Source: Actinomycetota bacterium
GTDB lineage: Bacteria > Actinomycetota > Actinomycetes > Mycobacteriales > SCTD01
DNA: 64,000 nt
Direction: 5' to 3'
Assembly: GCA_046723735.1 (NCBI GenBank)
Contig: JBKOVB010000045.1
Coordinates: 2,544 to 66,543, forward strand
Below the pieces are notes generated by a model, which ran no database searches, was not told the DNA's origin, and saw nothing but the letters and a program-made list of their open reading frames with translations. Positions within the stretch are counted from its first letter, which is position 1. Every line of letters starts with the position of its first letter. Positions 22,833-30,541 of the stretch are shown in pieces. Made by a program: the position numbers and the translations under genes.

Positions 22833-23487
22833 GTGACGCGGTCGTCGACGGCCGCTCGTCGTCGCGCAGGTCGATGGCGCGCGCGTCGTCCGCCAGCTCG
22901 TGGGTGGCGTGGCGGATCTCGAAGGCCTGCACGCACAGCACGACGCCGGTGATGACGGTCCAGAGACCGATGATCGTGATGACCAGGTTCACCGTGACGT
23001 CGGGCCGTCGCATGACCCAGATGCCGAGCAGCAGCTCTACCACGCCGACGGCCACGCCGAAGCCCCACTGCGGCATGTGCCTGCGCCGCGCGACGCAGCT
23101 GACCACGTGAAACCCGCCGGACAGCGCGAGGAAGGCCCCGAAGATGATGGCGAGCACCAGCAGGGTCGGGCCGGGCCACGCGATGAGGACGATGCCCGCG
23201 ATCACCCCGACCACGCCAGCAGCGACCTGCTCGGCGGCGCCGTCCGCTGCGTAGCTGGGGTTGAAGCACAGGGCGAGGCCCCGGATCACGAGGAGGATGC
23301 CGGCGGTGACGACCAGGGCCTTGACGGTCCAGTCGATGGTCATCACGGCGATCCCGAAACCGACGGACACCAGGCCGGCGACGAGCGGCACCCACCACAG
23401 CCGGCCGACCTGGGCCGCCACCTCGCGGATGGGCGAGTGGCTGCCCCGGTCGAGGCCGGTGGTCCGCGTGTCGGCGTCGGCGGTCAT
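22804..23487 (-). CDS. HdeD/DUF308-family membrane protein
   Basis: Six hydrophobic helices carry the repeated G(I/V)xxxxxGxxLxxxP pattern. ATG 23487 overlaps the upstream stop (ATGA). The 3' end overlaps the next gene start by 29 nt. Confidence 0.75.
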   Translation of the reverse strand: MTADADTRTTGLDRGSHSPIREVAAQVGRLWWVPLVAGLVSVGFGIAVMTIDWTVKALVVTAGILLVIRGLALCFNPSYAADGAAEQVAAGVVGVIAGIVLIAWPGPTLLVLAIIFGAFLALSGGFHVVSCVARRRHMPQWGFGVAVGVVELLLGIWVMRRPDVTVNLVITIIGLWTVITGVVLCVQAFEIRHATHELADDARAIDLRDDERPSTTASHVPLTKPAR

Positions 23488-23996
23488 GCCGTGGTGGTGG
23501 CTGTGGTCTCCGGCGAGCCGTGCAGGGCCTTCTGAAGCTCCTCCTCCGCCTCCTTGGTGAGGTTGGAGGTGAGCACGGTCCCGCCGAACTGGCTCAGGGC
23601 GGCGACAGCCTTGTCCGGTGTGACCCGCTCGACGATGAGGAACAGCGCCGAGGTGCCGGGCTGCACCATGTCGCGGACGCGGTTCTGGAACTCGCGGTCG
23701 ATGCCGGTCTTCTCGACCTTGCCCATCAGGGCGCCGAGGCCCGCGCCGACGGCCATGCCGAAGACAGGGACGAAGAACAGCAGCCCGAACAGGAAGCCCC
23801 AGAACATGCCCCAGCTGGCACCCGTGCCGACGGGGTGGTGGCTGGTGGTGACGTGGTATTTGCCTTCACGGTCCCGACGGATCACCGCGATGGAGTCCGG
23901 CTCGATGATGAGGTCGTTCGTGAGCCGCTCGACTTCGTCCGCCGCTGCCTGCGCCGTGATCTCGTCGGGGTAGCCGATTGCGACGAGTGTTGCCAT
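23484..23996 (-). CDS. DUF1269-type membrane protein
   Basis: Translation reads MATLVAIGYPDE..., then the Gly-zipper helix pair GMFWGFLFGLLFFVPVFGMAVGAGLGALMG, then GIDREFQNRVRDMVQPGTSALFLIVE. Confidence 0.75.
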   Translation of the reverse strand: MATLVAIGYPDEITAQAAADEVERLTNDLIIEPDSIAVIRRDREGKYHVTTSHHPVGTGASWGMFWGFLFGLLFFVPVFGMAVGAGLGALMGKVEKTGIDREFQNRVRDMVQPGTSALFLIVERVTPDKAVAALSQFGGTVLTSNLTKEAEEELQKALHGSPETTATTTA

Positions 23997-24036
23997 GAAT
24001 ACCCTCCTGGGTCGTCTCGGGACGAGCGCAGCTGCG

Positions 24037-24483
24037 TCAGTCGAGGGCCTTCATCTCGCTCCCGTGGACCGCGAGGGCGTAGATGACGAGGACGTCGATC
24101 GCGATGATCGTGATGGCCCACACCGGCGCGGCGTTGACGAACCCGAGGTTCGCGAGGGCGCTGAGGAAGGCGAGCGCGATCCCGACGATGCGCGCCCACA
24201 GCTGGCCCACGACGACGCCCCACCCCGCGAAGATGCACAGCGCACCGAGGATCAGGTGGGTCCAGCCCCAGGCGGTGTAGTCCGCGTGGACGGCGAGCCC
24301 CGACTTGCTCACTGCGTAGTAGGAGTCGTTGAACAGCGCGACCAGACCAGCGGTGACCTGGAAGGCGCCGATCATGAACAGCATGATTCCGGCGAACAGG
24401 ATCCACCCGACCCACCCGGTCGGCTCACGACCCATCGAGCGCTCACGGGTGTATTCGCCTGTCGTGTGTCGCATCTCAGTCAT
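24037..24483 (-). CDS. Conserved 4-TM integral membrane protein
   Basis: ATG 24483 is preceded by GAGAGAGG. Only the last 148 codons of the 655-aa track ORF show coding-like composition. Motifs include GWVGWILFAGIMLFMIGAFQ and WGWTHLILGAL. Confidence 0.7.
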   Translation of the reverse strand: MTEMRHTTGEYTRERSMGREPTGWVGWILFAGIMLFMIGAFQVTAGLVALFNDSYYAVSKSGLAVHADYTAWGWTHLILGALCIFAGWGVVVGQLWARIVGIALAFLSALANLGFVNAAPVWAITIIAIDVLVIYALAVHGSEMKALD

Positions 24484-24624
24484 GACGGTTCCTCTCTCGG
24501 GGACACCGTCACCGTCCCCCTGCACGACGTCACCGCGCGTCGTCCAGAACGGATGAAAGCGAGGCGGTTCAAGGCTGCGCCAGTCCTGCCGACAGGGTCT
24601 GGGAGACCAGCCCCGGAGCCGTCC

Positions 24625-24894
24625 TTGTTCACCGTTCACGTCGTCGGTCACGACGGCAGCGAGGCCGAGTTCGTCGTCACGAGCCCGGTCGTGGCTTTCG
24701 ACCTGGCGAGCCGTGCCGACGGTGCCGGGCTGCGTTGGCGGGCGAGCCGACATCCGCACGCGGACCGGGCCCTGTCGCTGTGGCTGCTGCGCGAGCTGGC
24801 CGAGGGCGCGGCCGCGCAGGAGCCCGCGTCGGCGGCGTACTTCGCGGCGGTCATCCAGACGGCGCGGCAGGCCGCTGCCGCGCGCCTGAACTAG
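24625..24894 (+). CDS. Hypothetical small protein
   Basis: G+C at third codon positions rises after TTG 24625 (CGGAG lies 7 nt upstream). ATG 24553 is an alternative start. I recognised no family. The 3' end overlaps the cydB stop. Confidence 0.35.
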   Translation: MFTVHVVGHDGSEAEFVVTSPVVAFDLASRADGAGLRWRASRHPHADRALSLWLLRELAEGAAAQEPASAAYFAAVIQTARQAAAARLN

Positions 24895-25949
24895 CGTCCC
24901 TCCCGCGGCAGGGGTACGGCGGCCTCGCGGAGGTCCTCGTCGCGGTCCGCCGTGAGCCGCTCGGTCAGGTCGAGGCGGTAGAGCAGGGCGAGGGCGGGGC
25001 CGATCAGCAGCACGGCCACGACCGTCACGATCACGAGCCAGCGCATCGTGGCCTGTGCGCCCGCCGCCTGGTCGATCGTCAGCGTCGTGGGGAGCGCGTA
25101 GGGGCGTTGCGCGAATCCCCAGGCGAGCACGAGCGACGTGACGGCAGCGACGGCCGTCAGGCGGGTGCCCCGCAGCACGCCCCGGCTCATCAGCGCCAGC
25201 GTGAGGAGCACGAACACGACAGCGGTCCCGGCGAACGCGAGGCCCCAGCCCGAGGTCAGGCCGTCGTACAGGTGCTCCGCGTCCTCGTGCACGACCAGCA
25301 GGCCGACGCCCATCACGACCAGCAGGAGGCCCCCCGCCGCTACGGAGCGGGTGCGGAAGTAGGCCACCAGCCCGGGTGCGCCGAAGCGGCGGGCGTCCGA
25401 GGACAGGAACGACGCCGCGATGAACGCCGCGGCGGTCAGCCCCAGCACGCCGAACAGCACCGACGTCGGGTTCAGCCAGGACGTCACCGGGTCGCCCTGC
25501 CGGTTGCCCGGCGGTACCCGGCCGGAGGCCACGCCACCGAGGGCGGCAGCGAGGAAGAACGGCGTCAGCAGCGACGCGAGGCCGAAGACGAGGCTCAGCC
25601 GGTGGCGGCGCCGCAGCCCCAGGGTGGGCTTGCGGATGGCGAAGGCCGCGCCCCGCAGCACCAGGCCGAGGGCGGCGAGCACCAGGGCCGCCCACGTCGT
25701 GGACATCACGGCCTCGAAGACCGGCGGGAACCCGGTCCAGGTCACGACGAGGACGAAGACGAGCCAGACGTTGTTGGCCTCCCACACCGGCGCCATCGCG
25801 TGGTCCACCAGCTCCCGCGGGTGCCCGCCATGGTCCTTGTCGCCTGCCAGGAGGTCCCAGATGCCCGCGCCGAAGTCGGCGCCACCGCCGCAGGTGTAGG
25901 CGGCGAGCAGAAGCAGCAGCACGAGAGCGACGAGGTCCGTGGCGGTCAT
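24891..25949 (-). CDS. cydB: Cytochrome bd ubiquinol/menaquinol oxidase subunit II
   Basis: ATG 25949 overlaps the cydA stop (ATGA). The N-terminus reads YTCGGGADFGAGIWDLLAG...WEANNVWLVF, and there are 8-9 TM helices. Confidence 0.9.
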   Translation of the reverse strand: MTATDLVALVLLLLLAAYTCGGGADFGAGIWDLLAGDKDHGGHPRELVDHAMAPVWEANNVWLVFVLVVTWTGFPPVFEAVMSTTWAALVLAALGLVLRGAAFAIRKPTLGLRRRHRLSLVFGLASLLTPFFLAAALGGVASGRVPPGNRQGDPVTSWLNPTSVLFGVLGLTAAAFIAASFLSSDARRFGAPGLVAYFRTRSVAAGGLLLVVMGVGLLVVHEDAEHLYDGLTSGWGLAFAGTAVVFVLLTLALMSRGVLRGTRLTAVAAVTSLVLAWGFAQRPYALPTTLTIDQAAGAQATMRWLVIVTVVAVLLIGPALALLYRLDLTERLTADRDEDLREAAVPLPREGR

Positions 25950-27367
25950 GCGTCGACCTGCTCGGGTGCAGGGACGGTGCTCGTGACCCGGGCGTGCTCG
26001 GCATCCTCGTGCCGCCAGCGGATCTTCAGCCGCATGAGGATCCCGAGGAACGCCCACGCGACGAGCGCATAGACGACCACGACGATCGCGAACGATGTCC
26101 AGAGCGGACCCGCCGAGATGTTCGTGACCGCTTCGGAGACGCGCATCTGCTCGTAGACGACCCAGGGCTGGCGGCCGACCTCGGCGGTGACCCACCCCGT
26201 CTCGAGGGCGACCACCGACGCGATCCCGGCGACCGATGCCGCCCGGTAGAACCAGCGCGACCGGGGCATGTCTCGTCGTCGCACCCAGGCGATGGCGTAC
26301 CACAGGGCCAGGCCCATGAGCAGGGTCCCCATCCCCACCATCGAGTCGAAGGCGAAGTGTGTGATGGTCGCCTCGCGGGCCGTGGGGCGCTCGTCCGACG
26401 GGACCTCGGACAACCCCTGTACGACGGTGTCGCGGCTGCCTCCGGCCAGGAACGAGTCGAGGCCGGGGATCTTGATCCCGCCCTTGATCGAGCCGTCCGG
26501 CTGCAGCCGGCCGTAGAGGTACTCGGCCTGGTCGGAGCCGGTGTCCCAGACGATCTCCATGGCGGCGAACTTCACGGGCTGCTTGTCGTAGACGGCGCGC
26601 GCCAGCGAGTCGCCGATCACCAGCTGCACCGGCGTCACGAGGGCGGCGACGGTGAAGGGCACCAGGAAGCCAAGCCGGTGGTAGCGGTCGCGGCGACCGC
26701 GCAGCCAGCCCGCGGCGTACACGCTCGCGACGAGGAACCCGGCCGTCATGTAGGCGGCACCGAGCATGTGCAGGTACTGCGCACCGAGGATCGGGGTGAA
26801 CAACGCCTTGCTGACGACGACGTTCGTCGGGTTGCCCTGGGCGTCGAGCGTGAAGCCCTGAGGGGTGTTCATCCACGCGTTCACGGACAGGATCGAGAAG
26901 GCGCCCACGAGCGCGATGAACGGCAGCGGCAGGCCGACGAGGAAGTGCGCTCGCGGCGTCATCCGCCGCCAGCCGTAGATGTAGATGGCGATCAGGATCG
27001 CCTCGAGGAAGAAGGCCAAGCCTTCGATGCCGAAGGCGAGGCCCATGACGTCGCCCCACGTGCCCATGAGTCCCGGCCAGAGCAGGCCGAACTCGAGGCT
27101 GATGACGGTGCCCGTCACTGCACCCACGGCGAACTGGATCGCCATGACGGTCGACCAGCGCCGGGCCAGCTGCATCGCGACCTGGTCCCCACGGCGCAGC
27201 CCGAGGTAGTTCATCACCAGGGTGATGAAGGGCAGGGCGACGCCGAAGGGCACGAGGATCACGTGGACCATCAGGGTGAACGCCATCTGCTCCCGGGCCG
27301 GCAGCAGCTGCGCCGGCGTGTCCGCCGCGAGGCTGGGCGCGCCCGCGAGCAGCTCCAGCGGGGTCAC
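25946..27367 (-). CDS. cydA: Cytochrome bd oxidase subunit I
   Basis: GTG 27367 overlaps the ndh stop (GTGA). Motifs include REQMAFTLMVHVILVPFGVALP, GDVMGLAFGIEGLAFFLEAI, and a GRQPWVV-containing C-terminal part. Confidence 0.9.
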   Translation of the reverse strand: MTPLELLAGAPSLAADTPAQLLPAREQMAFTLMVHVILVPFGVALPFITLVMNYLGLRRGDQVAMQLARRWSTVMAIQFAVGAVTGTVISLEFGLLWPGLMGTWGDVMGLAFGIEGLAFFLEAILIAIYIYGWRRMTPRAHFLVGLPLPFIALVGAFSILSVNAWMNTPQGFTLDAQGNPTNVVVSKALFTPILGAQYLHMLGAAYMTAGFLVASVYAAGWLRGRRDRYHRLGFLVPFTVAALVTPVQLVIGDSLARAVYDKQPVKFAAMEIVWDTGSDQAEYLYGRLQPDGSIKGGIKIPGLDSFLAGGSRDTVVQGLSEVPSDERPTAREATITHFAFDSMVGMGTLLMGLALWYAIAWVRRRDMPRSRWFYRAASVAGIASVVALETGWVTAEVGRQPWVVYEQMRVSEAVTNISAGPLWTSFAIVVVVYALVAWAFLGILMRLKIRWRHEDAEHARVTSTVPAPEQVDA

Positions 27368-28737
27368 GTGGCGACCCGGTTGCGCTCGGCGGCCACGGCG
27401 GGCGGCGGCGCGTACAGGTCCTGGCCGGGGTGGACCTGCAGCATCGGGAACGCGCGCTCCCGGCGCGACTCGCGGCTGAAGGCGATCGCCCACGTGAGCA
27501 CGGCACCGACGCGGTTGCGGAACCCGGTCAGGAAGGCGAGGTGGATGAACAGCCACGCCAGCCAGCCGACGAAGCCGCTGGCGTGGAACCGGCCGACCGA
27601 GACGACCGCGCGGCCCCGCGAGATGTAGGCGGCCGACCCGAGGTCGTGGTAGCGGAAGGGCTTCTGCTCGCCCTTGCGGCGCTCGACCTGGTGCTTGATG
27701 CGGTGGCCGGCGTAGAGCCCGCTCTGCATCGCGACCTCGGCCACTCCCGGGAGGCCCTCGAGGCTCATGACGTCGCCGACCACGGTGATCTCGGGGTGTC
27801 CCGGCAGCGTCAGGTCGGGCTGGACCTTGAGGCGGCCGGCCCGGTCCTGCTCGGCGCCGGTGCGCTTCGCCAGGTTGGCGGCGAGCGGGGGTGCGGCGAT
27901 GCCGGCGGTCCAGAGCACGGTGGCCGCGTCGTACCTCGTCGTGGCGCCGTCAGGTCCCTTCGCCTCCAGGCCGCGTGCGTCGACAGCCGTGACGACGGAC
28001 CCCATGTGCAGCACCACCCCCATCGCCTCGAGCGACCTGGCGGCGCGGGTCGAGAGCTTGGGGCCGAAGGTCGCAAGCGGCTCCTTGCCGCCGTCGAAGA
28101 GGTGGACCGTCGCGCTGCCGGGGTCGATGTGCTTGAACTCCTGCTCCAAGGTGCTGGTCGCGAGCTCGTGGATCTGGCCGGCGAGCTCGACCCCCGTCGG
28201 ACCGGCGCCGACCAGCGCGAAGCTCAGCCAGCGACGCTGCTCCGCCGGGTCGGTCGCGGTCGCCGCCATCTCGAAGGCCCCGAAGACGCGTCGCCGGATC
28301 GTGAGCGCGTCCCCCAGCGTCTTCATCCCCGGCGCCCAGGTGGCGAACTCGTCGTGGCCGAAGTAGGACTGCCGCACGCCGGCGGCGACGACCAGGTCGT
28401 CGTACGGGATCTCGATCGGGAGGCCGGTCGGGCGCAGCCCGATGACGCGCCGTGCTGCGACGTCGACGTCCGTGACCTCCGCGAGCACGCAGCTGACGTT
28501 CTCGTGGCGGCGGAACAGGCTGCGCAGGGGTACGGCGATCTGGCCCTCCGACAGCACGCCGGTCGCGCACTGGTACAGCAGCGGCTGGAACAGGTGGTGG
28601 GCGCTGCGGTCGACGACGGTCACGTCCACCGGGAGCCGGCGGAGGGCGCGGGCGGCGAACAGGCCCGCGAACCCGCCGCCCACGACCACGACCCGGCGCG
28701 GGACGACGTGATCGGCGAGCCGCTCCCGCGGCCTCAT
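27364..28737 (-). CDS. ndh: Type II NADH dehydrogenase (NDH-2)
   Basis: ATG 28737 overlaps the GMC stop (ATGA). Motifs include RVVVVGGGFAGL, FQPLLYQ, ALVGAGPTGVELAG and VVGDV. Confidence 0.9.
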   Translation of the reverse strand: MRPRERLADHVVPRRVVVVGGGFAGLFAARALRRLPVDVTVVDRSAHHLFQPLLYQCATGVLSEGQIAVPLRSLFRRHENVSCVLAEVTDVDVAARRVIGLRPTGLPIEIPYDDLVVAAGVRQSYFGHDEFATWAPGMKTLGDALTIRRRVFGAFEMAATATDPAEQRRWLSFALVGAGPTGVELAGQIHELATSTLEQEFKHIDPGSATVHLFDGGKEPLATFGPKLSTRAARSLEAMGVVLHMGSVVTAVDARGLEAKGPDGATTRYDAATVLWTAGIAAPPLAANLAKRTGAEQDRAGRLKVQPDLTLPGHPEITVVGDVMSLEGLPGVAEVAMQSGLYAGHRIKHQVERRKGEQKPFRYHDLGSAAYISRGRAVVSVGRFHASGFVGWLAWLFIHLAFLTGFRNRVGAVLTWAIAFSRESRRERAFPMLQVHPGQDLYAPPPAVAAERNRVAT

Positions 28738-30314
28738 CGCAGCCGTTCGAGCAGGTGGTCGCCGACCCGCAGCGCGTTCGCGATCGCCGTCAGCGAGGGG
28801 TTCACGGCCCCGATGCTCGGGAAGAAGCTCGTGTCCACCACGTAGAGGTTGTCGAGGTCGTGCGCTTTGCACGTGGTGTCGAGCGCGCTGCTCGCGGGGT
28901 CCGTGCCGAAGCGGACGGTGCCCGCCTGGTGCGCGGTCGCGCCGATCGGCATCGCCTTGTGCAGGTAGAGCTGGTGGTCCAGCAGATGGTGACGGTCCAG
29001 CCCCAGGTCGCTCAGCATGCCGTCGAGCTTGTGCCGCAGCCGCTTCACGCCCTCGACGTTGTTCTTCTCGTCGAGCGCCAGGTGGATCTCGCCGTCCTTG
29101 TCCACCGTCACGCGGTTGTCGGCGTGCGGCAGGTCCTCGCCGCAGAGCCAGAAGTCGACGGCGTGGTGCGCCATCACCTCGAAGGGCATGTCGGGGGAGA
29201 GCCGACCGGCCCACCGGGGCGCCTCGGCGTGGATCATCGCCTCGTCGGACTTGCCGAGCATCTGGATCCCGCCGAGCGGGAAGTCCCAGTCGTCCGCGCC
29301 GAGATACCAGTCGTTGACGGCCAGTGTCTTCTGGAACTGCGTCGCGTTGGGCTCCTTGGACAGCGCCATCACCGCGACGTTGTTGTGCCGCATGTAGTGG
29401 CGTCCCACCACACCGGAGGAGTTCCCGAGGCCGTCGGGGTGACTGTCGTTCGCCGAGCGGAGAAGGAGCGCGGCGGAGTTCACTGCGCCGCAGGACACGA
29501 CGACGACGTCGCCACGGAAGGTCGTGACGGTGCCGTCATCGAGCTCGGCAACGACTCCGGTCACGCTGTGTCCGGACGCGTCGGTCTCGAGTCGGCGGAC
29601 GTCCGCGCCGGTGACCAGGGTGACGTTGTCCCGGTCGAGGACCGGGTCGACGCAGATCACCTGGGCGTCGGACTTGCCGTTGACGACGCAGGGGAAGCCG
29701 TCCACGCGCGAGCAGCGGATGCAGACGCTGGTGCGTGCCGCCTGCCCTGGGACGTCCTCATGAAGGTTCACCCCGATCGGCAGGTGGAACGGGTGCAGGC
29801 CCACCTTCTCGAGGTCGTCGCTGAGCTGCTGGATCCGGGCCTCGTGGGCGACGGGTGGGAAGGCGTACTGCGCGCTGGTGGGCCCCTCGGTCGGGTCCTC
29901 GCCGTGCCGCCCGTGCACGAGGTAGAGGTGCTCGGCCTGCGTGTAGTAGGGCTCCAGCTCGTCGTACGAGATCGGCCAGGCAGGTGAGATGCCGCCGTGG
30001 TGGCGCAGCTCGCGGAAGTCCTCAGGACGCAGGCGGAACAGCGCCGCCCCGTAGAACTTCGTGTTGCCGCCGACGTAGTAGTTGACCTCGGGCTGGAACG
30101 CGTGCCCGTGCCGGTCGTACCACGACTCCTGCGCGAGGTACTTCGCCCGCACGAACACCGCTCGGGTGTCCCAGTTGTCCAGCTCCCGGGGCAGGAAGCC
30201 GCCACGTTCCAGCCAGAGCACGCGAGCCCCTCCGAGGGCCAGCCGATGCCCGAGCGTGCCGCCCCCTGCGCCGGTCCCGATGACGATGACGTCGAAGTGC
30301 CGGTCGTCCGCCAT
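28734..30314 (-). CDS. GMC-family FAD oxidoreductase
   Basis: The N-terminus reads FDVIVIGTGAGGGTLGHRLA. Other motifs are VGGNTKFYGAA, CGAVNSAALLLRS, the HQAGTVRFG active-site region, and DTSFFPSIGAVNPSLT. Confidence 0.9.
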   Translation of the reverse strand: MADDRHFDVIVIGTGAGGGTLGHRLALGGARVLWLERGGFLPRELDNWDTRAVFVRAKYLAQESWYDRHGHAFQPEVNYYVGGNTKFYGAALFRLRPEDFRELRHHGGISPAWPISYDELEPYYTQAEHLYLVHGRHGEDPTEGPTSAQYAFPPVAHEARIQQLSDDLEKVGLHPFHLPIGVNLHEDVPGQAARTSVCIRCSRVDGFPCVVNGKSDAQVICVDPVLDRDNVTLVTGADVRRLETDASGHSVTGVVAELDDGTVTTFRGDVVVVSCGAVNSAALLLRSANDSHPDGLGNSSGVVGRHYMRHNNVAVMALSKEPNATQFQKTLAVNDWYLGADDWDFPLGGIQMLGKSDEAMIHAEAPRWAGRLSPDMPFEVMAHHAVDFWLCGEDLPHADNRVTVDKDGEIHLALDEKNNVEGVKRLRHKLDGMLSDLGLDRHHLLDHQLYLHKAMPIGATAHQAGTVRFGTDPASSALDTTCKAHDLDNLYVVDTSFFPSIGAVNPSLTAIANALRVGDHLLERLR

Positions 30315-30541
30315 GGACGGAGATTGCGCCGGGCGCAGAACAAAAGTCCATGGTTCTCAAGGGATCGCAACTCGTCGTGGTCTCCCGGTCACGCAAGCGG
30401 ACGCGCCATCCCTGGACTAGTCCGTGCCGACCACACGACCTGTTGTCGTACCGACGCGCAGGCCATTCCCTCGGGACCGCTTCGGGCGCATGGTGAGGGA
30501 CGACGCTGTCGGCAGGCACCGCGACGGCGGCTGGGGGGCAG

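Noticed and set aside
24037-27506. Track ORFs of 655 aa (24037-26004) and 871 aa (24891-27506)
   Set aside because: Only their 3' portions (24037-24483 and cydB 24891-25949) are real. The upstream parts are out-of-frame readings across cydB/cydA with Arg/Pro-rich nonsense composition.
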